A stretch of DNA of 63,630 nucleotides, filler included, from Collodictyon triciliatum (GCA_043381765.1; 4 parts of 4 records of this genome joined end to end with filler, not necessarily neighbours in it); one strand, 5' to 3'. Shown: positions 11,348 through 24,769, counted from the whole stretch's first letter. Translations and numbers: made by a program. Notes: generated from the letters alone by a model not told the origin.

Positions 11348-13787
11348 TTATTTGCCGCTAACTTTATTTAGTTTACCACGCTGCTGAAGAGCTGCCGCAG
11401 CAAAGTTCATACCTTTTTTTTTTTTAAAAAAAAAATCAAATAAATAAATGATAAAATGTACTTGTATAGGAGTTTTAATTGAAAATAGACATATTGATAT
11501 TACATTTATCTATATAGTTAGATAATATAATATCACATATAGAAATAATTGGATGTATTTTTCTGTTTTTGTTAGTTTTAAGCGACTTTCAATAAATCAT
11601 TTGGTTTCTAGATATTGGCTCACCTCCTCCCATTGGCGCGGCTGATTTATTTCGAAAAGTATGATAAGTAAAATCAAAGTTAGGATTGCTCCGACATTAC
11701 GTGTGAAATTGATAAATAAAAAAAAAAGTAATAAAAAAAAAAAAGAAAAAGAAAAAGGCCCCACGGCGAGTTCCAATACACTATTGAATTATTTGCTTTC
11801 TTTTCTGATTCAAGAATATATGTGCGCAAGTAAAAAGGTGCGGACCAGAACCGCGACCAGCAGATGAAGTAGAACCGCCAGAAGATGCACCACCTCCGGA
11901 GCCAGAGTCGGAAGTCTATGTATCATTAAACTCAAATTAAATACTATATTTTTCATTAATCCAGAAGAAATCACAACATATAAATGATGACCATTTGTGC
12001 ATTATTACAGTCATTCTTTTTTCAGATAATCGTTGTAATCCACCCAAATATCATAAAACTTCTCGAATAATCCCAAAGACAGAAAGGCACATTTTCCAGG
12101 AGTATCGAATGACGGCTGCGAAATGGATTACCTTCCCAGCTACGGGGCTGCTGCGGTCATTTGTCTGAGCCTTCTTCAATTTTCCTTTGGAGAAAGATGA
12201 AATGTCGCCCAACAGAGCAGAGCAGTCTTTTGTTGGAGGAGGCGAAGCCGGTCCCGATGAAGAAGCAGGTGGTGGTGGCGGGGGCGGTGGCGGTGCACCC
12301 ATCGCAGAGGGAGGTGGAGGCGGCGGAGGCGGCGGTGACGAAGCGGCTGGTGGCGATAAAGTCTCGGTTTTGGCATCAGCGGCGTTGCTTCCAATGCTCT
12401 TGCATTTATTAAGTGTAACGTGGGTTCTTGCATTCATTTGTTTGTCTTTTTAACATTTCCCATTCGTTTGTTTATGGATTATTATTATTTGGGGATTGTG
12501 CATTAATCATACACCATAAAATTAAAAAAAAAGTATTTAAAAAGGGAAAGAGAGCATGCAGACAGTGCAGTTGTTTCATGTATATGGGGTATATTGATCA
12601 TATGCATGATTAGAGATTTAAGATAGGGTTGTATTACTTCATTGCGAGGACGCACTCCGAATGTCGTTGCTGTGGGGGAAGGCGACGATGGAGAGGCTAG
12701 TTGGCTTGGAACGGACACTTTTCCTGGCATTGCTGGTTTCGAAGCTGGTGTTGGCGCACTTGCCTTTGCTTTTTCTTCAGCAAGCCTCTTTTCCTTCTCA
12801 GCCATTTCTTTACGAGCCTTTTCCTCAGCGAGCTGCCTCTCTTTTTCTTGTCTCTCTTTTTCTTGCCTCTCTCTCTGGGCTCTTTCTCTCTCCGCCTTCT
12901 CTTCCAAGAGCTTCTTGTTCTCTAGTTCAGCCTGTTCTCTTTGAGCCTTCTCTTCTGCTAGCCTCTTATTTTCCAATTCGACTCGTTCTCTTTGAGCTTT
13001 CTCCTCAGCAAGCTTCTTCTCAAGTTCAGCCTTTTCTCTTTGAGCTTTCTCTCTCTGCTCCTTCTCTTTCTGGGCCTTCTCTTCTGCTATCCTCTTATTT
13101 TCCAGCTGTGTCTTTTCTCTTTGCTCCTTTTCCAACCTCTCCTTTTCAGCAGCGATTCTTTTTTCGCGCTCCTGCTGCTCCTTGGCATCCTGTTCTTTCT
13201 TCTCCTTAAGCGCCTTGACTTCCTGCTCAAACTTCTCTTGCTGCTCCTTCTCCAAGCGAAACCTGTCTCTGCTCGCCTGTTCCACGGCTGTTGCGCTATC
13301 CTGCGACGTCGGGGCGTATTCGTAGCGAACACCTTTGGAGCCTGCGGCCGAAGAAGCCGGCTTTGCCGAAAACCCTGCAGTTGAAGCAGGTGTGCTTACG
13401 GGCGATGACGGAGCCGCTTTGGGCGTTGTTGGCGACGTGGGGAAAATCCCGGTTGGCTTCGGTGCCACAGTCACAGAGCCAGATGCAGATTGTCCAATGA
13501 CCGGAGATCGCACAGCCGGGGCTCCGACTTTGGGTGCCGCACCAGACGAACCGGCGGCTTTCTGGCCCATGGCAGCGGCTCTTTGTTTGTGTGGTGAACG
13601 GTGGGTTGAATATGCGAGTTGATTGGTCTATGGCAGATAAGGGTTGTCGATATTGGCTGTGTTTGCAGAGGAAAAGGCGGTGTCGTTCAGAAAGGAGAGA
13701 ATACGTCTTGGCTGGGCCGAAAATCCCACTGGCAAGTGCGGCCTCTGCTTTGGCCACCTCCTGGTCCATCTCGTCAGCGCATGACTT
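11348..13787 (-). CDS. Coiled-coil, polyproline and WH2 actin-regulatory protein (WIP/verprolin-like WH2), 5' partial (runs into gap)
   Basis: E/K/R-rich coiled coil with ELENKRLAEEKAQRE-type repeats, two polyproline runs, then ALLGDISSFSKGKLKKAQTNDRSSP matching the WIP/verprolin WH2 LKKxxTNDRS signature. Small terminal exons end ...MNFAAAALQQRGKLNKVSGK*. Confidence 0.72.
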
Positions 13788-14685
13788 GCAATAAGGCTAT
13801 GTGCCAGGGGTTGTGTCATGCANNNNNNNNNNNNNNNNNNNNNNNNNNNNNNNNNNNNNNNNNNNNNNNNNNNNNNNNNNNNNNNNNNNNNNNNNNNNNN
13901 NNNNNNNNNNNNNNNNNNNNNNNNNNNNNNNNNNNNNNNNNNNNNNNNNNNNNNNNNNNNNNNNNNNNNNNNNNNNNNNNNNNNNNNNNNNNNNNNNNNN
14001 NNNNNNNNNNNNNNNNNNNNNNNNNNNNNNNNNNNNNNNNNNNNNNNNNNNNNNNNNNNNNNNNNNNNNNNNNNNNNNNNNNNNNNNNNNNNNNNNNNNN
14101 NNNNNNNNNNNNNNNNNNNNNNNNNNNNNNNNNNNNNNNNNNNNNNNNNNNNNNNNNNNNNNNNNNNNNNNNNNNNNNNNNNNNNNNNNNNNNNNNNNNN
14201 NNNNNNNNNNNNNNNNNNNNNNNNNNNNNNNNNNNNNNNNNNNNNNNNNNNNNNNNNNNNNNNNNNNNNNNNNNNNNNNNNNNNNNNNNNNNNNNNNNNN
14301 NNNNNNNNNNNNNNNNNNNNNNNNNNNNNNNNNNNNNNNNNNNNNNNNNNNNNNNNNNNNNNNNNNNNNNNNNNNNNNNNNCAGGATGCAACCAAAACTG
14401 GAAGAAGCCATTTGCACAACCTGACCAGATTAATCGAGCGGCTTAAAAAGCGAACATATCATCTTTATCCGGAAAGGGAAAGGCAGAAAGAAAGTCGAAT
14501 CCAAGCAAAAAAGAATCCAAGCAAAAAAAAAACCCCAAAAAAAACCTCCACGTTGCAGTTCCTTCTTTTTTCTTTTTTTTTCTGTTCGGCCTCTACTTTT
14601 CTTTTGTGCTGGGGTTTTCCTTCATGAAGCTCGGCAAATCACGCCACATCACTGACTCAGGCAGACACCCAGAGACCGAGAGGAA

Positions 14686-17105
14686 ATGTCAGACAGCGAA
14701 GGCGAGGAAAATGCGGCGCACACACAAGGAGATTCCAAGACGGTCGATCTTGCTTTTGTGGCCACAGAGGAAATCGGAGCAGGCGTCACATTCCCACTCG
14801 ACTTGGAGGTTTGGTTATTTCTTAAAAAAATAAACCTCGCTTTCAAATGTGATAACTAAACATTCAGTAACTGACATGCAACCCTTCTAAAAAAAAAAAA
14901 AAAGGATAAAGAAACATCTGCTTCCACAATCTGCTTTGTTAATTATCTTATCTGCAAAAATACCTCGCCTCCACGAAGTCATATTTACCGATGCTTACTT
15001 TTGTATGTTACCAAAGTATCTTGACCTCACAGCCAACCGCCTGCGTTCAATCAATGAAAGACTGCTTCCTTTGGTTCTTCTTCAGGTAAATGCAAAACCT
15101 CTTGTCACGATGCACTGGGCTTTATCTTCATGCATATCCTGTATGTTTTCATTGATGTGTATGCATATTGGTCTATATCTTTATCCGCCTCAAGCGCGTT
15201 GCATGTAAAGTATAATCATTATATCAAAATATGATGTAGAAACTGGTTTTCCGCTCGAATTTCATTCCGGTGATTCAGAACATACAAACTTTGACGGCTT
15301 TGGAAGAGCTGGACTTTTACGAAAATCAGATAAAAAAGATTGAGAATCTAGAGACGCTCACGAACTTAAAGTCTGGAATCATCCATACGATTTCTCTAAC
15401 CTGATTATAGGGACAGTTTTCAAAGAGGAATCAAAAAATGCGTTATCTCGTTCGAGTGTTGATGTTCTCTACGATTTTGTATAGGTCTCTCGACTTGTCG
15501 TTCAATAATATACGCAGGATTGAAAATATTCACATGCTCACTTGTATATCGGAGCTTTTTCTAGTTAACAACAAAATAGTCGAAATCGGAAACTTGGGAA
15601 GTCTTGTTAATCTCCACATGCTAGAACTCGGAAGCAACCGTATTCGCGTAAGTATGTATGTAGCTACTGGATGCATATCATCGAATCGCTAGTCTTTAGT
15701 TCTGCTTCATTCATGCCATCAGCTCACGTTCTCCTATCACATATTTTCAATGATTTTTAAATGAAAATAGCAAATAGGTCAAAGTTTTAATGGAACTCAT
15801 AATAAACTAGAACATTGAAAATATTGGTCATCTTACGAATCTCACCAGTCTTTGGCTTGGACGGAATAAAATAACAGAGCTCAAGGTTTCAGAAATCACC
15901 TTATATATTTTATCTGCGTATCTATCCATGTTAACTATACACTCTCGCATTCATTAAAAGTGTGCATCATAGAACCTAGATAGCCTTCAGAGCCTTAAGA
16001 TTCTTAGCATCCAGGTGGAGCCTTACCACTTCTCAATTCGAAAACCAATCATTCCCCTGTCGGGTATTTCATGTACTGGATACGCATTCACCTACTTTTT
16101 TTCTTTTTTTATTCTTTAGAGCAACCGTATCACTCAAATTCAGGGCCTCTCCGCCTTGACAGGGCTACAGGAGTTGTACATGAGCCACAATGGGGTCGTA
16201 AGAATGGAGGGTCTTGAATGCCTGGTTTGCCTTCTATTTATTATTAAATCCATGTGTATGAAGGGAGATGCAAAATACTCAGACTAATTTTCTTGCCATG
16301 ATGAATACTGTGATTATCAGCATCGAGTCAATTTATGTATTTCCAGGTTAATCTCCGAGTTCTCGACCTTGCTGCAAACCAGATTCCTGAAATCCAGAAC
16401 ATCGATACACTGGTCAATCTAGAAGAATTTTGGGTTAGATGCTTATATTTTGACACCCACAGAAAAGAATCAATGATATACAAAAATGCTCCGAATCATC
16501 CCAGAAGCTTGAACCTCCATAGCTGTGTCAAATCCGCCCTTGCTTTTTTTTTTTTTCGGGGAATAGATGTTTTAAATACATATGCAATTGTATCCCAAAA
16601 TAAACGGACACACTCCCTAATTTCTTTCTTTACGTATCTGCCCCAATAATTTCTCCAATCTGAAATGCGCAGTTCAATGGCAATCTTCTCACCTCTTGGT
16701 CATGTATTTTCAAACTTCGCCAAATGAGTGCTCTGGATACTGTCTACTTTGAAGCCAACCCATTGTCCCAAGACCGTCAGTATCGTTCCAAGGTAAAATG
16801 CATACTTAACTTATACCCCACTGTTGCTGTAGATATCCCGCTGAAATTTTTCCAAGGACTTTGACTTGCATATTTTTATCCTATTTTTATTTTTGACTTT
16901 CGCTTGGGCTGCATTCAACCGGGGCGTTATGGCCCATCCTTTCTTTCGATTAATGATGGTGCTGATAGAAGCGAACATATCCAACACACAATAGGTCTTG
17001 CGCACTCTGCCACAAGTGAAACAAATCGATGCCGACGTAGTTCGCCCCACCGAGCGCGCCACCGCACAATCTGCCGTCTTTTCGATCCCTCTCCCATTTG
17101 AATAA
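14686..17105 (+). CDS. PPP1R7: Protein phosphatase 1 regulatory subunit 7 (Sds22), LRR protein, ~10 exons
   Basis: SDS22-type LRRs LEELDFYENQIKKIENLE, LDLSFNNIRRIENI, LELGSNRIR, LWLGRNKITELK|NL, LSIQ|SNRIT, and LRRcap LDTVYFEANP...YRSK|VLRTLPQVKQIDA. Confidence 0.93.
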
Positions 17106-17531
17106 GACTCGGGATGGTTGATACACTTGCAAACCCCTCATAAACCGAGCCATGAGTGCCCGTGCACAGCCAACACCTGTATTTTCACAAACACATCCCA
17201 ATCCATTGCACATGTCTAGATTCTTAATATGTTCTATTGTTCTTATACATACATATTAGCCTTGAACTTATTTTTCATTACCCAAACACCACTAAATTCC
17301 CACAGCAAGTAAAGCCCCTCACGCGCAACATGTTTGCATCGTATGCACATGTGGTGATGTGTTTGTCTGGGTTTCTTGTATGCCTGGATGTGACACCGCC
17401 CCCAAATCACTCGAGGGTGGCTGGAGTTCTGGCGCAATGCGAGCCAGATTTATTGGGCGCAGAACACCATGGCCACCATTCGTGCTCCTTGAAAAGTGTG
17501 CGCGATGCAGTTGGCATTCTAGTCCCACGTC

Positions 17532-19716
17532 CTAGAGGCGAGGACGCACATCTATTTCAGACCACCACGGATAGAACTCAGGCAGGTCCTGTGATTTGAA
17601 GTGGTGGTTACTCAAACACCAGAGAACGTTTAGGGACGAGAGTTGTGGTGTGTCGTATGGTATGAAAAAAAAATAACAGATTATTCGTCTACCTTATAAA
17701 TCTCTTTGACATAATGATTTTGAGATGCACGATTTGAAGTATATGTAGTTTATGTTTGTAGCGTGTTAGAAGCTTAAGTAAAACCTGTGTTGGACTCAAC
17801 GTGAATTTTGGCGGCCTCTTTTCGAGAAATGAGCGGACTCCTTCGACCGAATCGCTGTTGTTGAAGGTGTACCACGCGCACTTTGCAGTAATTTTGTGAA
17901 TCAGTCAAAGAATTTCGCTTCACACAATGGTCTGTTACATTCTCAACCATCGCAAAAGAATCCATCAATAATTTAGTGAAACACCTCATCCGTATTTTCT
18001 GACATGATACAGAAGACACACTCACTTTGGAGTCAATTAAGTGGGTAGACTCTGGTGTGGAGTTGCCATCTAGCCCATGCCACAAAAGCTTCTTGGTGAG
18101 GACGATGCTGACAGCAGACGTGTTCTCTGCAATTTCCTTTGCAATCTGGATGGCTTTGTCCATTACCTGGGTATTTAAGGGGCGATGATTATTAATGACA
18201 ACATAAACCGCATCCATCTATGAAGTCCTGTGGAAGAAACTGAGGAGAGGACTATGTGACAGCACGAGTGTAACCTGTGTGGGAGGTAGAACATAATTGA
18301 ACAAGCCAGATGATGCCTCGTCCCTAGAATTATATAAATTGAGAACACAATGAGAATAAAATCACATGAGATTTTTTTTTTTGTCTAAGAGACCATTAGC
18401 CGAGGACACCTGATGAGAACAGAAAATCACACTTTGCAAGGAAAACACGTCCGGAAAAACACCATTCAAGAGCTTTGTTGACCCCCACAATTCTAGGCAA
18501 AAAGTATGAGGAAGCTGCCTCAGGGATGATTCCACGACGGGCGAAAACAAATCTGATAATGCATTCAAATCAATAAACACCGATGTCTAAGTTTGGTTTC
18601 GACATTCTCCTACAGTCTTCCTTTTTGATTTCTGAGAATGAAGTTTTGAAAAGTCCTTAAGACCAACCCTATCTTTGTGTCCTCTGCTGCAATTCTAATA
18701 TCCATAGGAAGAGTCATTGTGATGCCAATTCTAGAATTGCAGAGGGGAAAAATGATTTCAATTTCTAGGTAAAGAACAACCAATAATTAAAAATTAATGT
18801 AATTGATTATGACATATATGTGTTCCTATTGAGGATGCAAAAATATCGATTGGAACCCACGACATGCTAAAAATAAAAAAAAATGCTCTTGCATTTGTTA
18901 TTAAATTCATAAGTTATTTTTCTTTCTAAGTTTATTCAATTATTTCATCCTAAATGTCCATAATACATGAAAAAAATCATTCGAAAAGAGCAACAGAATG
19001 AAGTGGTGCTTAAAGTACCCAACAGCAGCTCCGTGTAACACTCCAATAGTCGGCTTACGGCTAATTACGCAAAGTCACATAAAAGTTAGTTCCTTGTCCC
19101 GTGTTTATTTCCGTCTTATCAAATAGCCGCATGTGAGAAAAATACGTTGCATCCGGCCAAATGGAAACACTACATATATATAGCACAAACCACTTGTAGA
19201 TGGCTAGAGACACCTGTCCACCTTCGTCTCTGTGGGCTACACAATTACAAAAACGGATGATAAATAGAAATAGACATAGATATAGATATAGATATAGATA
19301 TAGATATAGATATAGATATAGATATAGATATAGATATAGATATAGATATAGGTAAATAAATGATAGAAAACATTAAAAAAAATCATCATAAATGGGCAAA
19401 TAAAAATATCATGGCCCAAACACACACTTGCGGTGGTTGGGACATTACGCTCGACTCCAAGTCCGGCGTCGGATCCGATGAATCCACCGCTCTGCCCGCC
19501 AGTGAGATCGGCGCCCGAGCAGAAGGCGCGACCGGTGCCGCTGAATATGACACACCGCACCCGATCGTCCTGATCCGCGAGAGCCGTCGCGGCAATCAGC
19601 TCGTGGGCCATGCGGAACGTGAAGCCATTGAGGCGGGCCGGGCGGTTCAGGGTGATGAACGCGAGCGGAGGCTGCACTTCGTACTTGATCTCTTCAAAGC
19701 TTGCCACGTTGCTCAT
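17532..19716 (-). CDS. Enoyl-CoA hydratase/isomerase (crotonase family), C-terminal -PRL (PTS1-like)
   Basis: ITLNRPARLNGF, GRAFCSGADL, IGITMTLPMDIRIA, GFVFARRGIIPEAASSYFLPRIVG, DSVEGVRSFLEKRPPKF; last exon DLPEFYPWWSEIDVRPRL*. Confidence 0.92.
19277..19350. repeat. (TAGATA)n microsatellite, intronic
   Basis: Directly visible; first intron of the enoyl-CoA hydratase gene. Confidence 0.95.
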
Positions 19717-20148
19717 GTCTGGAGATCTGGGGTGTTTGGCAGTTGTGTGGATAATCCTCGGCAGGAGACGAGCGTGTTGGAAGTGGCAAAGAGTTTGATC
19801 CGTGCTAAGAGAGTAAAATAGCATTTCCAGTTTTGATGTGTGGTGCGTCCGTTCAAATCTGGCATTCTGTAATCCGGATTCAGACGATGATATATCATTA
19901 AAATGTAGGATTAAGTTAAATTCGATACCGTACATCGAGGCACTAAGTTGGAACGCTTCATTGAAACCAATTGGAATTTATCCCCAAAACACACCATCTA
20001 TCCATTTCTGGAGATTTCCAGTGAAAAATCCGGAGAGTTAGGACAATGAGTAGTATGAATGCGGAATTTATCAGTTGTATTGGATATATATGGTATCATC
20101 TAAATGTTCTAAGGACAGAGATTTTCCCGCCTTATTGAAAGCTCGCCC

Positions 20149-20156
20149 TATATAAG
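20149..20156 (+). promoter_or_regulatory. Possible TATA box (TATATAAG) in the divergent interval between the enoyl-CoA hydratase and trypsin 1 genes
   Basis: Consensus-like TATATAAG ~420 nt upstream of the trypsin 1 ATG. Positional evidence only. Confidence 0.25.
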
Positions 20157-20570
20157 CACTCTCGAATATTTGCTCTTCCTTCCGCAATCATCACAATTTT
20201 GGCGACGAAGCAATCAAAAGTCTGTCGACACCACTTAAAGAAGAGAAAAACAGAACGGACTGAAGCAACAGAGATTGCGCGGCGCTATTGTCGCCCGTGG
20301 AAGGAAACAGAGGCCAAGAGAGGCAGCCTGTCAAAGCACACCATTTCCCCCCATCACTCTTATTGTCTGTCCATCCAGCCGCCTTTGCTGGTTGTGTGCA
20401 CAGATGCAGTCAAGTTGAACTTGTCTGGCCAGAGTCACCACATTGTGAGGCTTTTGCATGCGCGAGTTTCTTGCTTGTTCTCCTGACTCACTTGCCTCAC
20501 CTTCGTGCCGTGTGCGAGACTCATCTTTAGCTATCGAACCCAAAACCAGGACTCAGTTGGTGAGCTTGCG

Positions 20571-20792
20571 ATGGCAAAGGCCCAAAGTTCACTGTGCGTT
20601 GTTTTCGTTCTTGCTTGCGCCGCAACCTCCGTCGCTTGTGGGTTGCTTGCAAAGGACGTTGATGTGCCTGAAGAGATGAAGTGGAAGAATCCTGAGCACG
20701 CCCAGTTGGAAAGGCTCCTCCAAGAAGCCATGGAGAAGGCAGACGGTAGCTTTTTTTTTTTAAAACAATACTCTATTTGGCTTTTTCTCTTT

Positions 20793-20888
<96 letters not shown>

Positions 20889-22837
20889 TTGGCCTATTTT
20901 TTGTATTGACGTTTTTTTTTTTGAAATATTATTAAAACGAGTACTCCTTTCGCCATTCACACTTGTGCTGCAAGAATCACGTCTCGTATAATTCAAACTC
21001 AGAAAACAAACGCATCGTCGGTGGAACTCCTGCAACGCCCAGAGAATATCCTTGGCTAACCTCTCTTCGCAAACGCGGAAGTTCTCGACGCTTCTATCGC
21101 CATTTCTGTGGAGGCTCCCTGGTGTATCCCAATCAAGTCTTCACTGCTGCTCATTGCAGTGACACTTCTGCGAGTAAAGTAGAAGGTCGTGTGCCTTTCT
21201 TTTCCTTCTACATAGCCCAGACTAGAATTCGTGTCGTTGCTTGAATCCTAGGTTTTTAACCCCCTCGAGTATCTTTTTTTTTTTTGAATACTAACCTTGC
21301 ATTTACAACATGCATGCCTCACAGCTGGTCTCGGGGACCACAATCTCGACGCCACGTCCGAGATTGGTGCTGAAGTCCGAAGAATCAAGACCATTGTTGT
21401 GCATCCCCGCTACAATCCCAACAGAATGGTGTTCGACTTTGCCATGTGGACTCTTACTAGGTTAGCTCCTCATGTTTTTTAAAAAAGATTCATGAAGGTT
21501 GTCTTTCACACCCAGACGAAGGCCAGGCAAATAAATGTCCGATTGTGTTTCTGCATGTACCTTTGGGTGCTCCAATACCAATCAGTACTGTATGTTAGAC
21601 TTTAACATATGTAAAATTGTAGCCCATCTACAAAAACCCCCGTGACTCTTGTGAATCCAACCCAAAATCTCACGTATTCCGGGGCTGTTGCAACCATTGC
21701 AGGATGGGGAACGACAAGTGTATGCTGACTCTTTCAAAGCTTTCTCCTCTCTTACCTGCACCTACCTATCTTCTCCCATCGAGGATTCCTAGTAAGTGAA
21801 TTGACTTTTCATTGCTTTCAGTATGAAGGGAATCTGTCGCCCGTCCTTCTGAAAGCCGTCATCCCTATCGTGGACAGAACGAAATGCACTGACCTGCTTG
21901 AGATGAGGATCACTGAATCCATGATTTGCGCTGGCTACGACCAGGGAGGAATTGATACGTGCCAAGGAGACAGCGGAGGCCCTATCTTTTTCAACGTATG
22001 ATGTGTGACCTGCAGAGTTTCACCAATATCATTTCTATAAATATGAAAACTTTTGCGGTAAAGGCGAGCTAATATCGTCTCTTTTTCTTTTCATGTCATT
22101 TTCTCCACTACAAAAGGTGAATGGAAGCCCTGTTGTGGTTGGTGATACCAGTTTCGGATTTGGGTGTGCCAGTCCTAACAGCCCTGGAGTCTACGGAAAT
22201 GCTCTAGTTGCTCTCCCCTTCATCGACGCCGTTAGCAAGGGCACAAGTATACTATCTGTTCTCTTTGAGTTTATTCTTATTCTTGCCCTTGTTTGTACTT
22301 CTGTTGTTGTTGTTCTTGGTGTTCATTATCTCGGTACAGAAGCACTTAACCAAATCCAACACAAACAGAATATCTGACCATCAAGTATGTGAGAATCACC
22401 TTCAACCCGTTTACCCAAAAGTTCACGATCTCCTCAAACGTCATCGACCTTGGCAAAAACACTGTGGTTAAGAACGCCTCTGTAAGTCAAATACACACAC
22501 GATTTTTACGAAACGTAATTAAATTGAGTGAATTAAATGAAAACTGCGTGCTTTCCTCCAGAGCGAGAAGTGAAGACAAGGTCTTTAACCATCAGTACCC
22601 TGTTGTCACCAACCTCCATTGTTTTGTATCTAGATTACCGTCACGCTGACATCCAATCTGCCCACCGGGACCAGTACCTTCACCTCCAGCGGCAGGACAT
22701 CTAGCTCTGGAAATTACTCCTTCACCCGGTCCGCTTCCGGCAGAGGGCTTTATGTCGCGTGCGTCACAGCTCTATCTGCCACAGGATACAGCAAGGTCGA
22801 CCTTTCGGAAAACTGCAGCGCTATGCAACTCCACTAA
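20571..22837 (+). CDS. Secreted trypsin-like serine protease (S1A) with a C-terminal beta-sandwich domain
   Basis: Signal-peptide-like N-terminus, propeptide ending KR before IVGG, TAAHC (His), FDFAM (Asp), [10 protein letters not shown] (Ser; Asp189 gives trypsin specificity), SFGFGCA...PGVY. Two further exons read in frame to a stop at 22835-22837. Confidence 0.92.
20790..20888. repeat. (TTTC)n microsatellite, intronic
   Basis: Directly visible; trypsin 1 first intron. A similar run lies at ~29386-29500. Confidence 0.95.
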
Positions 22838-23500
22838 GCCCAATGGGTTTCGGCTTCCAGCTTCTCTGGGCGCTTGCCTTGAAAGCGCTCAACAGCTCCT
22901 TACGCCATACTTTTGTGCTGTCCTGCTTCTCTTTGGCTCAAATCCTTGAGTTCAATCACGGCAATGACCCAAGCGCCTCACTCCCCAAACCCATAAAACA
23001 AAAACATAAACACGCTAGTTTGGACGATTCAATCTGGTTTCCTTTCTTTCATTACGCAAACAGCTTCACCAGCATCCGCCCAGACCAAGCGCAGCGCGAG
23101 TTGGAAGCACGACACATTCGATGTAGCGCCACATATGAAATTAATTGCTTTTTATACTCGACGGAAGCGCTTGACATCAAATCCCGCAAGCAATCCCCAA
23201 AGTATCCCAACTGTCAACGCGTTCGAGGCACATGCGGATACGCTCTCATCGCCAGGCATCATTCGAAGGCAGGATTGGCTTCCTGCAAGCTTCAGCGCCT
23301 TTTGAGCGCCGACTTGAGACCATGATAACGACCGATTCCACATATCACATCTGCGCCAAGAGTTGAGCCAAGTGTTCTGGTTTCCGCGTTTTCTACCTCA
23401 ATCAAACATCCTCCGAGCCGAACAAAGAGAGAAAATGAAAAGAAAAGAGAGACAAAAACTTCCCTCTGACAATCGGCGATAATCTCCCCAGCAAGGATAG

Positions 23501-24519
23501 ATGGCGGGTACGCAACCTTTCTTGCTCCTGGTCACTGTTGCCCTCGGCTTTTCAGTAGCCTTTGTCAAGAGCGAGCAGGTTTTCGAGAAACCCATCACGC
23601 GTGACCAACTGAAGCAGAAGCTCCACGATGAAGTTCTCTCCACAAAGGATTCTCACACCACAGACTCGCGGCCTAATGGTGAGTTATTCCTTCTTTATTG
23701 TTTGGTCTTTGGATGTGTAAAAAATAACACGGCGCTTTCATCTTTGTGTATACTACATTCGTCTTTGTGCCTGTATGTCTGAGCCTGGCTTGTGAGCATT
23801 CTGCGGTGGATATGGGTTTGGCGAGTTTCTCGATATAAATAAATATAACATAATGCAGAGGCTAGGCGTGTTGTTGGGGGAACACCAGTCACTCCTGGGC
23901 AGTATCCGTGGCTCGCATCTATTCGTGTTATCGGGCAAGGAAGTCGCTTCTACCGCCACCTATGCGGCGGCTCATTGATTGGCGAGCGTGTCGTGTTCAC
24001 TGCTGCTCACTGTAGCTTCTTTCCTCCAGGCATTGTTGAAGGTTCCCTGTACTTTCCATATTTACATATGTTTTCTATATATGTTATTTTAGGGTCTCCT
24101 TATATTACTGGAGTTGGAAAATCCGCGCCATATGGCAGGCTATATCCGTGCTGGGGTTTATATCTTCTCTCCACTAATCAAATATTAATGTAGTCGGATT
24201 GGGGGAGCATGACCTCGATGCAGAATACGAGGCTTGGTCAGAATCGCACCGCGTCAGGAGCGTGATTGTGCATCCGCGTTACGAATTCAATCCAGAACTA
24301 TTCGACTTTGCCATATGGATACTCGCAAAGTAATCAGAAATCGTACCATATCAGCATGTTGGCCTAGAAAAATGAATGATGTATTACATCCATCCCCGCT
24401 CACTACAGAGCGCACGATATAGTAAATCATCCATAGCTCCGGTAACTCTGGTTTCACAAGACCAGAACCTGACGCCTGATGGGGCAATGGCCACCGTCGC
24501 CGGGTGGGGAGCAACGAGC
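23501..24519 (+). CDS. Second secreted trypsin-like serine protease (S1A), 3' truncated at the contig end
   Basis: Signal peptide, RR before [28 protein letters not shown]...[16 protein letters not shown]. Intron positions match the upstream paralog. Confidence 0.9.
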
Positions 24520-24572
24520 GTATGAAATATATCCTTTCCTTCGTTTATTTTATGTTTATTTTTCTTTACTCA

Positions 24573-24769
24573 TTCTTTACTTCTTTACTTCTTTACTTCT
24601 TTACTTCTTTACCTCTTTACTTCTTTACTTCTTTACCTCTTTACTTCTTTACTTCTTTACTTCTTTACCTCTTTACTTCTTTACTTCTTTACTTCTTTAC
24701 TTCTTTACTTCTTTACTTCTTTACTTCTTTACTTCTTTACTTCTTTACTTCTTTACTTCTTTACTTCTT
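24573..24769. repeat. (TTCTTTAC)n octamer repeat at the contig end
   Basis: Directly visible; trypsin 2 intron, runs into N. Confidence 0.95.

Noticed and set aside
13619-14627. Long ORFs crossing N runs (also 3368-3860)
   Set aside because: Artefacts of translating gaps.
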